Positions 12,585-24,710 of a DNA stretch of 64,000 bases are shown here, piece after piece. Under the pieces are notes generated by a model that had not been told where the DNA came from, did no database searches, and was given only the letters and a program-made list of their open reading frames with translations. The stretch lies in NCBI RefSeq assembly GCF_009914755.1, contig NC_060931.1; one strand, written 5' to 3'. The position numbers and the translations under genes were made by a program. How positions within the stretch are numbered: the first letter of the stretch is position 1; each line of letters opens with the position of its first letter. Source of the stretch: the human T2T-CHM13v2.0 reference genome, Homo sapiens.

Positions 12585-14029
12585 CCCCTATCATCATCCC
12601 ACCTAAGAAAACAGGAATCCCAGGGAACCTAATTTCCCCTCGTACAAAATATTTATTAACTACTCACACCCTTGAGGTGTCTTGGTAGGAACTGAACCAC
12701 TTAGTTCAGACATTGGAAGTGATTCCAAACTTGGCTACTCATGAGAATCACCTAGGGAACTTAAAAAAAATCCTGGGTCCCAACCCTGGTGATGCTGACA
12801 CATTTGGGCCCTCCCAAGATTTTTGAAAGCTGGAACCATCAATGCAGGAAAAACCTTAAAAGTGAGTGGACCCTAAAATCTTCCTGGGGGCAGATTTCCG
12901 TGCTTCTGGGAGGGTCATTTCCCTGAGTCATTACCCTCCTTAGTGTTCTGGAAAATGGCAAAGTACATCAAATGCAGGGAGGATTCCTCAGCAGTCATGA
13001 CAATTGCTATTTGGGTTAAGTTACTGCTACATCTTTAATATTCCCTTGGGGTGAGTTGTTTGTTTGTTTGTTTGGGGAGCAGCATGGGGGCTAGGATTTT
13101 TTTCTTAAAATGACTTTAGAATGCTCAGCTTATTTTTGTGGACGGGCAGACAAGTTATAATTCAAACCACAGTTTGAACATTAGGTAGAGAGAGGTAGAG
13201 TTATAGTTTGAAAATTAGGCAGAAGAAGACAGCACAGGTGGGTGAGATCCTCACTTTACAAGAAGGTGGAGGCTGAGCCCAGGATCCAGTTGCAGTTTGG
13301 AGCACCAACCTAGACTTTGGGGTTGGAACCTTGTTCTGCTGTGGCTGTTCTGTGGGTTCTATAAGGCTAGGGCTATACCCCACCTGCTGCCCAAGGGTAA
13401 GGTTTACCCTGAAGGAAGTGAACGTTCCCTAGGAAGACAATGAAGGCTGGAATGTGGGTCTTCATTGCAACTCAGAGTACCCCTGACCCCCACAGCATGG
13501 TGGTGAGCCTGCCCTTCCTCTAGGGAGCAGGATGCCCAGGAGTGGGGCATGAGGCACCCACAAGTGAGGACAGGTCTAAGCCTGGAGATGCCTACAGTGG
13601 CTACCTTTTGAAGAAGTGTTAAGTTACTCTCTGTGTTTCCTTTATTACCCTTGATCCATCAAAAAAAGTTGTATTCAGACATACAGCCTGATCTCTTTGT
13701 GCTGGAAGGAATCTGGGGAAGGACCTCTTCCAGGCTAGGATTAACAGGGAGAATAGCAATGAGAGGGAGGGGTCAGCATTTCTTCAGCTGCAGGAGGCAA
13801 TTAGTAGACACTTAAAGAGGATCTGAGCACAGCACAGCTAATTTAAAAAATCAGCATAATTTGAGTTTTAACCAAAATATGACTTTATTTTGTATTTGCA
13901 AGGCACCAAGGTCTGCTATACACAATTAACCTCCCCTGTCCTCCCCTCCCTCAAGGCTTCTGTCTGACAGACTCAGCGGGAGGAGGAAAGGAAGAGTCCA
14001 GCTCCTCTGCTGCTGATGACCCTAATAGT

Positions 14030-14470
14030 CCTCCTACCCCACTGGGCTGCAATGACCACATCTGCACCTATAGTCCCTCATCCAATTTGCAGTGCAGACC
14101 TTAATCCTGGTCTCTCCCTGACCTCCTGGCCACTCACACACCCAGTATATCTCCATGCTGTCCCATAGACATTTCAAACCCAGCTCCTCAAAAACAAGCC
14201 CCACCTCTTCCTTCTCCTGCATTCTCTCCCTTTGCTAGAGCACAAGCACCCACTCGGTCCTCCGTGCCCCTCAGCTGCCTCATCTAATTCTCACCAAGAC
14301 CCACTTCTGGGCCTCTGCCTTCCCTTCCACTTAGTACCTCAGGCCCAGTCCTCATCATTTCTCCCTTGGACCACAGCAGCAGCCTCCTGACAATTCCCCA
14401 ACACTCAAAGTGCAGTCCTGGCATGCCGAACTTGGAGACAGCGAGCTTAGGTGCACACCCAGGTCCCCAG
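14030..14470 (+). mobile_element. L2 fragment
   Basis: CATTTCAAACCCAGC..., CATCATTTCTCCCTTGGACCACAGCAGCAGCCTCCTGA. Confidence 0.65.
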
Positions 14471-14509
14471 AGCACTCAGCAGCTTTCTTCACACATTTTC
14501 TCTTCCCTT

Positions 14510-14680
14510 CTCTCTTGACCAGATACAGAAGAGCCAGTGGGAAATTGAGAAGCCCTTAACAGGATGGTGGAGCCACAACATGGAAGGAACCTGGGCTCCT
14601 GAATGACTGTATGGAGCAAAATCCCCCCACATACTAACCCATATTGAACTGTGGTGGTTTGTTACAGAATTAACCAGCCA
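14510..14680 (+). mobile_element. MLT1J-like MaLR LTR fragment
   Basis: GGATGGTGGAGCCACAACATGGAAGGAACCTGGGCTCCTGAATGACTGTATGGAGCA. Confidence 0.65.
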
Positions 14681-17600
14681 TGATTAATAGTGAGCAACTC
14701 AAGAACAAAAAGAACAAACCTATAATAGAAAAGCAATGCTTTTCCATTCACAAACCTTTCATTACAAAATGCCGGTCGTGTCCTACAGCCAGAGTAGTGA
14801 GTATACCTCGCTGGAGGCTGCAAGGGCCAGCCAGTCCCCATACACAATCAGAGCTCTCTGCAAAAGACGTAATACCACCAGCCCTGTACTGTACTCTCTC
14901 AATTGCCCTCTAGTTTCCCCACCCCAATATTGCAGTGTCTATGATCACTGAAGGAAAATGAAATATGATTCTAGGTGTCACCTTTCAAAGGGTGTTAGTG
15001 ACTGTCAGCTAAAGTGATTTAAGCCCCGGAAAAACCTCTGTGTCCTTTTAACATCCAAAACTAATCCTCTTCACACCAGACATCGATGTTAAATAAACAG
15101 AGATTTCCATTAACCTACACCTCTGTACATCTATTTTTAAAAAGCGGTGTCACTCTCCTTTAAATGAACATACTAATTAGTGTATTAATAAATAGCTGAA
15201 TGGAATCAATGAGACATGTAATCAAGGTCTGACCAGGAGTCAGGGCCAGGTTGAAGGGGGTGGGGGGAAGGAGAGGAGGGAAAAGAATCTTATTAGCAGG
15301 TTTGCTGAGGAGGGACATGTAAAATCAATGCTGCACATGCAGCCAAGATGCAGCCGAAGTTGACAGTAGATGGAAAGCTAAGTGCTTGCTCCGCCTCCTT
15401 CCTTTGACAGGAAAGCTCCCGGTGAGAGTTAATGTGATGAGCAAGGAAGACATTAATTGGGGCAGGAAAAGCCATTCAGAGATGGTGTCCAGGATCACAG
15501 CTGGCAGAGTTACCCAGAACCTCAGTGCTAAAGCCCTGACTCCTAGACCTTGTTTTAAAACACTAAGAAAGAACACACTTACGAGAGTTGATTTAGTTCT
15601 CAGCAAACACTTGGTCAAAAAGAAGTCACAGGGGGAGTTATTTGTTTGGGGCTCTTTGTTACTCTTACCCCCCTTCAAAAATTCTGGTTCACAAGCAGTA
15701 GCTGGAAGTACCTTTGCCCCAAGATGCTAGGCACTGGGAAATGAAGGGCCTGGATTCTCTACAGGCAGCCCTGGGGGTGGGAATGGGGCAGCCCGCTTCT
15801 TCATCAGCTCCCAATTTCCTGTAGCACACCCCATAGCTAGAAGGCTCTGGAAGGTGAGAATAAAAAGTCCTTCTGCAAGTGTGAGGTTTCCAGCTGAAGT
15901 GGTATCTGATTACCCGAGCCACTGCTCACTGGATCTCAAATTAGCATTGATACTCCATTTCCTTCATCTGGAGACACACCCCCTTTGGGCCACAAAACAC
16001 TGGACAGAAGAAAAGTGGACTTTCATTTCCCTAAAGATTAATATCAGGAGAAATGCCTTTCTGTATAAAATCAATTAGGTGCCTGAGACCCTCACCCCAA
16101 AGCCAGCTCAGTGATGCTAGTTGAAGTAGAAGTTGTGTTAGGATAAAAGAAACTCAAAAAAAAAAATTTGCCTTGGGGCCAGTACTGCCCATTACAAGCC
16201 CTCTTAGGGGTGATTCTGCCAGGAGGAAGGGGATTGGCTTGTTAGCAGTTAGAATGCTTGGCTCAGGATTCTGGGGTGCTATGGGCTCCCATGCCATGAA
16301 ACTGAAGTTCTTCCTAATTCTGGTTGCTGGAAAAGCCAGTATCTCTGGGTGGACCTCACAGGCAGAAAACCTGCTGCTCTGAATGCCTAGCTCTGGCACG
16401 GCATCCACACATGGATGATCTAGAAGCCTTGCAGATGCGTCCTGAGATATGTTTCTGCCAGCCCCAGGCATGGCCTGCAACCTGCTCACCCTGAGGTCAG
16501 CATTTCCTGGAATGACAGGGATGACACACATAAAGGAAGTGTGGGGACATGGCAGGAGGCAGCTCTCAGCAGCCCTTAGGCTATTTTCCACATTACTGCG
16601 AATGGTATTTTGCCCCCAGGAGGTTCATAACAGTCAGAAGGATCTCCAGGTTCCCCAGACCCATCAGAAAAGCCAAGGGGTGATGGTCATCAGCCCAGGG
16701 GGAGAGCTTCCTGACAGGGTACATGAAAATTAAGTGCAAAAGAGGGGCCAGAGACAGCTGTCCCCCAGCTCAATCTGAAGCACAGGCACCTAGAGAATGG
16801 CCACACATAGGACCTTCCCATCTGGTTTGAGAGGTCCTAGCAAAGCACCCCTGCACCAGTCCATATCTTACTCCCTCCATTGACGTGCTAAAAGTCTGCC
16901 ACTGGAACATGGTTTCTTTGGGTCAAGCATCATGCTTTCTCTTTCAACAACCTACACCTTAGTGTACCTCCTCCATCACCTCTGTTTTTCTGTGGCCCAA
17001 GGATAAACAGAAGAGAGTGGAGAGGGTGCAAACAGCAGGGTCCCCACTGATCTACATGGCTATTTGCTGAGAATTAGGGAGTGCTGTCCTCTCTGGTTGA
17101 CCAGAACTTGGTAAACAGAAGGCATCTTGGGGGAAGAAAAGGGCAACTCTTCCTGAGCAAAGAGATACACCAAGCCTTGGCCAATAAAACATGAGCAGAA
17201 TTTCAGCCCTTATTTGCTCCCAGCTCACAGGTATACACACTACAGTGTATATCACCAAAAGCCCTGTCTAAAGAAAGAAAGAGAGAAATAGAGAGGAGAT
17301 ACCCAAGTACTTGGGGCAAAATTCAACTATTTCTCAATTTTGCCCAAGGATACCCATTTGGAGATAGATATAGATATAGATACATGACTATTTTCAAACC
17401 AAAAATATCAGGACACACACTCAAGCAATGGCACAGAATATCTGAAACACAGGCTGTTCTAGTGAACACAGGGCCTGTGGTCACTGTAGAAGGGCTGAAG
17501 AGTAGAGGATGGCAGTGACAAGGACCCTGGGGGGACAGTGTGACAATGAGGTGCCCCTTTTCCTTTAGGGGACAGAGAAGCAATGGCAAATCTCCCCATG

Positions 17601-18799
17601 GTGTGCTATGTGGTGGAAAGACCACCTCCACAAGACCAGAGCCGGACTCTCTGCTCACAGATGTCCCATCACCTTCAAAATACACTGACACACTCCGTTT
17701 CCAGAGTCTCCAAGCTTTTGTTCCCTCTCCACAGGGGCAAATCACCTTTCTCCACAGTCAACCAGTGGTTCTTTCCTCTCTCAGCCCGAGTGTTGCTGGG
17801 AATAATGCAATGTTTCCAGCTTAATCGTTTGTCATCATGCAGAGATTTCACTGATTTCAAAGCTAAGGTGCCTGGAAGAATCGAGCACGCTCTGAACCAG
17901 GGTGCCTCAGGGCAGAGGGTTCTCACTGGCTGGCTGGCTGTACACAGGAGAATCCCAGAGGCCCTTACTCACCAGTTTAAGGCTATCTTTCCAGGAAACC
18001 AGGGCCTGGGGCTGAAGACAGCTGAGATGGGCAGTGTTCATAAATATCACCTATTGGAGGCAAGTGAGGACATCCAAGTATGCAAACACCATGTACACTG
18101 AACACACCTCTCTGGTCTCTGATGGACCACTTCAGCTTTCTGACTTCGTTGCAGGCAAACATTAGCAGATGCCCCATCCTGCAATGCTTGGCATAATTAT
18201 CAGGTAGGCTCCAGGCAATAATTACTCACTAATGGTTAGCCACTGCTTTGAGCCAAGAGTCTCCTATCTGCTCTCCCTACACCAAATTCAGAGTCTTGGG
18301 TGGTAAACCTGAAGGAAAAAAAAAAACAAAAAAAAAAAAAACAAAAAAAAAACAGTAAGCATCACCATGGCCTGGCAAAAAAACCACATTATCTAAGATA
18401 TCACTCCAGGTCCTATAAAAATAACCTATGTTTACATGTGGATGGCTGATCTGAGCACAGATTGAATATATAAACGTGGCTGTTAATTCTAGACTCTGAG
18501 AAAATTCTGAGTCTTCCAAAAATAAAGGAATCCCTACAAATATTTTTAAATCTTTTTTTAAGAGGTCATACTCTGACAGAGAGCCAGAATTAATGCAATG
18601 GGACCAGCCACCTGCTCTTCTTCCCTTCCCATTTGCTTATAGAACCTCAAGGCAGTAGACTTGTTGAAGCCCAGTGTTAGAAACAGATGTGACTATTTAT
18701 AAACCAAGAAAACTGAAGTGTTTTAATCCAACACAGGGTGGCAAGAAGCAGAACTGACAAGCTTTAGGAATCTGAAGAACAGGCAACAATTTTCAATAA

Positions 18800-19010
18800 T
18801 ATTACCTCTCCACTTATTGAGCATTTAATATGTGTCAAGCAGTGTGCAAGCTATTTCCCACGTATTATGTCACTTAATTGTTAGAGCAGTCCCTTATTTT
18901 ACTCTTTTAATGATAAGGACACTGAACCTCAGAGAAGACAGGTAACATGCTGACGCCACACAGCTGAGTAGCCAAGGCTTGATGATGTCTGTAAATTACT
19001 TTAAAATGCA
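18800..19010 (-). mobile_element. MIR SINE
   Basis: CACTTATTGAGCATTTAATATGTGTCAAGC...GGACACTGAACCTCAGAGAAG. Confidence 0.7.
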
Positions 19011-19939
19011 TCAGCTTAAACAGAGTGGTATAATGTAAGTTAGTTCCAATCCTTACCCAAGGATGGTTAGTCGACATCTGAAGTATTGTAACTAACCAGG
19101 GCTGGTGACTTAGCCTTTGAAAGCCTTGCATCAGAGTCTACACTGTTTGTTAAAAAACATAAGAGATGTTGGAAACAATTTATCAGCAGGAAATTAAGCA
19201 GTGTCGAATATGCATAATTGGTTAGAAATGCCATCCAGGCATCTCTGCCCTTTGGGCACAAGAATCTGGCAAGCCTAGAGCCCTCTGTGGCTCCATTCTT
19301 GGCCTAGGGGTCCTACTAGGGTCTATTTCATCTCTCAAAGGATGCTGTCCTCTAATCCCACTAGAAGGTGAGCTGAAACCTGCAACCACATTGCCACATC
19401 TGCCTCAAATAAATCTTCCTTGAAATAAACTTGTAAGAGTTACTAAGTCAGTGCCTCCCAAACTTTCTCACTTCCTGACACTTGCAGAAAGTGATAATAT
19501 TTTTACCACACCCTGGGGCCAGAGAGGGAGCTTCTGCTGCTGCATGCCCCTCGTGCCCTCTGGCTGTCCACCTGCAGGGTTGAGGTGACCCGCTATATCA
19601 GCAAACCTTGATACCCTTCCCCGGCACACTAGTTGAGGCAGACAGCAGGATCCACACTGAGCTTCAAAAACAGGCTGTATGGCTATTTATGTGCCTGGTT
19701 ACTAACAAATATTGGTAGGTAGGGTAGAATTGAGTCTGCAACTTGCTTTTGTAGGAAGGTTGTGGAGGAGAAGGCCCATAGCTCTCACCTGCCTATAATC
19801 ACTGGAAATGAGTCCCCACATAATCTGCCCATTGGGCATGGCCAAGTTGGCATTAAGTTGGGTTGCAGTGCCAGACCTGTCTGCCTCCAAAGTCTATCCT
19901 GGGTCCTGGGTGCTCCCCTGCTTCTGGAGCCTAAAGAAA

Positions 19940-20330
19940 GTGAATCAATGGTTATTTGTCAAACCCAAAAGGGAAGCTCTTCAGAAAATGCCATGTCAAA
20001 GGGTTCCGTCCTTGGCGCTGTGCTGTTTCATACTTTTATCCGTAAGTTGAATGAAGACTGAGAGTCACATTTATCAAATTTGCAACGGACAGATTCCAGG
20101 ACTTGTGAAGGTCAAATGAGATAATATGAGAGAAGTCATTTAATAGTAGAGTAAGACTCAACCCATTGATGAGGATGAAACAAAGTTTAAGACTATCTTA
20201 GCAGCCTGAAACAGGGTCAAAACTGGAACCCCAAAAAGAAATTGAATGTGACAAACATAAATTCAAATTTTAGGCTTCAAAAAATATTAATGAATAAAGT
20301 ACCAGGTGGCAGAAGTTTGTGTAAGACACA
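19940..20330 (+). mobile_element. L3/CR1 LINE reverse-transcriptase fragment
   Basis: Translates SKGSVLGAVLFHTFIRKLNED, a decayed CR1 RT motif (PQGSVLGPVLFNIFINDLD). Confidence 0.7.
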
Positions 20331-23300
20331 CATATAATGAGGGTGGGAGAAGCTTAGAGACCCACTGGTTACGAACCAGCAGTGGGATGGGGGCTGCCCA
20401 GAAACCCTGCCACATGAATGAATTTTGACATTGGGCTTTGCTATCCACACCTCCTGCAGATGGTGACCTGCACCTGTGATCAGTCACAAAATTAGATGTG
20501 GAGTCAGACCTACCTGCACCATGAGAAGCAATGAGCTCTCCATCAATGTGCAAAGCAGTTAAAAGAGAAGGAACCCTCTATCACGTGCTACTGAAGTTGA
20601 GTTGTTCCCATCCCCTGCAAAGGCTCCCAACTTGCCAGCACAGCCAGGATGTTTGGCTCAGAGAAAAGAGGTGGCAGGAGAGTTTATCAAAACCTACAAC
20701 TTAAGATTTTCTTCACAGAAGATGGAGGAAATGGCGGCAGGGGGGGACGTAAAGATAGGCAATCAATTACCAAGGAGCCCTTGAATAAAAATCTCTTTAT
20801 TTCCTTGAATTTTCCTTTAATTTATCTTTTTTTTAAAAAAAAAAAAGTTTTCACCTTTGCAAAACCTTTGGACTTTTTGACCAAAGACAACAGGAAGTCA
20901 GCCAAGTTTAATGGAGTTTTCATTTTGAAAAAGATGTTATCTGCAGCTCCTCTGTGCCTACCAAGCAATATGGTACGTCTGTGGTCTAGAGACCAACTCA
21001 TTAGGTGCTCTGTTTACCATCAGCTGGTGAAAAATGATAATTGTATGGAAGAATAATCACCAAGACATGGACATCACTGCCTGCAGACTTCGCCAGGAAG
21101 CTACTTCCCACTTCCTGTAGATCCGCAGCTGTTTCAGGATGTGTAATGCCCTCTACTGTCCTACCATTCAAATACTTCTCTTTTCAAGCTCAGAAAACCA
21201 AGTTTAAGGTAGGGAGAGAGAGAGAGAGAGAGAGACAATCAAACAACCTTATGTTGGGTCCAGAGGGAACTGCAAATGTGTCTAAGACAATGCCTGCTTT
21301 CAAGAAGCTTGCAATTAAGTGGGAATATGAGATGTAAATACTGAAAATACAAGCCAATAAATCATATATTACCAGGAAATTCTTGGCAGGCTGAGTTTTC
21401 AGAAAGTCTCTACGTGTACTACTGTCTGCACACAAAAATGCCCAGACCTGGCATGTGGCTAAGTCTACTTGTAAAATTTGTTACCTGGTTAAATGCTGTT
21501 CCATGCCTACCAATATTTTTAAGTTTTCAAATATAAGTTTTAGGTGAAAATGCCATTCTTTCAAAACAGTATGTGCTGGAGAAATGACATTTTTTCAAAG
21601 CAAATTTTCTATATTTGGTCATGTGATATTCTGTAAGCTTTTTTATAAAGGCTCTTTAGAACATTCCAAAAATGAGCATCATCAAATTAAAACAAGAGAA
21701 CTTCTATTACATTGCCACAAATCCTAGATGTAAATAAAATACCATTTCACTCAATAATGATTGCCAGAAATATAAATACAGTTTAGAAAAATTATTTAAT
21801 TAGTTTATTTTTAAGTATTTGCCAAGAAGGCTTCGGTCTTGCTAGTATTAAGTCCTGGGAGAAGGAACAAAGGAGAGTGAAATGAGCTACAGCAACTTCA
21901 TGCAATTGGGCCTGGGTTTAGCAAAGCTCACTCTCTCTCCTCCACACCCCCAACAATCGGCCTGGGGCCAATGACAGCCAAGATTCTTTGTCCAATTTGA
22001 CATCATGCACATGGCCAGTACCCCGCCTCTTTCGCCTTTGCCTGCTTTCTTAGATCTTCTCATCCGAGCATAAAGCCAGCAGCCCCTTTGAGGACATCTG
22101 ATACCCCAGGTCAGTAAGTAGTCTCTAAAATGAAACATAAGAAGGTGGTACAAGAAAAGGGGAAAGTGTAGGGATTCCCTACCTTTGTTGCAGGCTCTGA
22201 GACAGCCTTGGAGAGGGCTCAGCTCACCAATCCCAAAGGCCTTACCCGCAGTGGACAGGGGCATGGTGAGGGGATGTAACAAGGACACCCCCGGTGGCGT
22301 CAACTGCTCTATTCCAGTCCTGACCACAGATCACTGTGGTTAGGTTACTTTCCTTCTTAGAGCCCCAGGCCTTGACCTCTGCCTCCTAGTAAGGAAACAA
22401 TGTGCCACCAGATAAACTTGGAGAAACTGCTGAATTCCCTGAGACCAAAAGTGCAGCTCCGTAAATGTATTACATGCCGAGAACAGTTGATAAAATGTAC
22501 AAGGGCTGGGAAAAGAGGCATGAGGAGGAATGAACAGAAATCCTGCCACCTCTATGGGGTTTTTGAAAGGTTAGAGCTCAAAAACACTTACCCTGCCCCC
22601 TGTTTCTCCCCACAAGACAGCCCAAAGCACAAGACAATTTTATTAGCAGCTCTGAGATACCCAGAAGCAATCCAGAGAAGAGGGTAGATCCATCGTTTCA
22701 CTTGATGTTGTACTGCAATTTTGCAGCTAAAGACATTCTTTGGGCCTGAACTCCCGGGGTCCCTCAGTCTTGAATAACTGGTATAAATGATGCCCGGGCT
22801 AGTCAGAGGCCCTGCACTGTCTGGGGCCTCTCCCCATCCCCAAGTCTCACTACCTTCCGCAGCAGCACAGAGGGTTGAAAGTGTCTGGGAAGACTTGAAG
22901 GAGTTGAGCATATCTCTCTCTCTAGCACTCTGCTCAAACCAATGGCCTGTTCTCTGCAGTTCCTATGACATGAACACTGTAATGGAACACAGGAGCCCAT
23001 GTCTACATCTCCTACAACAAATGAAGACCACTAAATTATAAAGCTCTCCTGCAGAATGCAAAGCATCTGTCACTAATATGCTAACCCATTCATTTTTTCC
23101 CCATGTATTGGAAAGAGAGAGAACAGATACTGCTTGGGTTTTACTAAGCCCTAGACTGTGTCTGCTATTTTAAAAATACCTTCATCATAGATGTGTGAAG
23201 CAAAGATATGAGAAACAGGGGGTAGAACCTGGAGAGGGGCTGCCCCACCTAAAGGCATTCCCATGATAAAAATTTTTCCTTGGCACTTGACACGCCTGGA

Positions 23301-24089
23301 CCAAGCCAACCCTATCTAGTCGCCAGGTCCTACCTGCAGGCTTTGATTGTGCAGACTTTGTCCTACCTCCCAGAATGTGGGATTAGACCAACAGGACATT
23401 ATTCCTAATGGGCAAGGTCAATATTTTAATCACCAATCTCTTAGCTCATGGTGGAGTTCATTTCCCTAGACCACACTGTTTTGAGCATGCGCTCATTGAA
23501 GTTGGAGGCACGCACCGAGGAAGGGAACAAGCAGAACAGAGGCCCAGGTGCGCTCTGTTCCAAGCTTGCTCTATAGCACTCTGGGTGCTACTCAACCTCC
23601 CGGGATTGTTCTTTTTCCACTGGAAAGTAGTGGGACTCTCCTAAGGGAAGGTGAATACCTGGGATGCTTTCAGAACAATTTCAAGTACATTGTCCAAGAC
23701 AGTATGTTTACGCCGAAACATGAACCACTTGAAAAATGCAAGAATCTCTAGGTGGATCTTCTTGCTTCTTTGTCAAGTTTCTGCCAGATCCCAAAAGGAA
23801 CTCCTAAGTCTGCAACTGGGTCCAGAAGTAAACAGCACTAGGTAAGCATGAAGTTGAAGCTGCCGGGGACACAAGAGCCTTGTATCCGCCGGCCTCCTGG
23901 TCACTTCCGCCTGCAAATCCACATATGCCCCAATTCACCTTGTTCAGAAAAGAATGCAGCACTCCTGCCCCACCACTCCCCCGACAGCCTGCCTCAGTCC
24001 AGATTTCTCCAGCTCCACTAATGGCATCATCTCCCACCAGCTGCCCAGGCAAGACACCTGCAGGACAACCCCACTGCCCGTTCCTTGCT

Positions 24090-24605
24090 GCCCACCACCT
24101 TCACCGCCATATCCACCATCATCTGTCAGCGCTAATTCCTACGATGCACTTCTCAGATCAGCCCCTTTCTCTCCTTTGCCACCCCCTTTGATCAGCCCCG
24201 GCTCAGGATGCTTTGATTTACTGCAATAGCCTGCTTCCAGTTGTTCTCCACGTGGCCCCCGCTGAACCTTGCTACAGTACAAATCTGGTCTTGTTGATTC
24301 TCTTCCTTGGAGATCGCCAAGGCCTGACTGCTGCCTGATGGATAAATCCCTTAGCTGGATACTGACACTGGTCCTGGTGCAGCCTCTGCCGTGTTGCCCC
24401 TTGCCCCACTTCCCACCTCTGCCTTGAACTCCTGCAGACCCCAAGGGCTGTGCTCTCACCTCTCTGTGCTGCTTCCTCCACGTGGGACCTCTGCTTATGA
24501 GTTCACAAAGCCAATCTGAGGGATCCTTCAAAACATCCTCTAAAACTCAACTGGATGCCCCTCTTCCTCCTCCTCCTCCTTCTCCTCCTCTTTCTCCTTC
24601 TTCTC

Positions 24606-24641
<36 letters not shown>

Positions 24642-24660
24642 TCCCTCCTTCTTGTCCTCC

Positions 24661-24710
<50 letters not shown>

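Noticed and set aside
18316-18353. Orphan A-rich tract as a retrocopy tail
   Set aside because: No recognisable retroposed body or TSD next to it.
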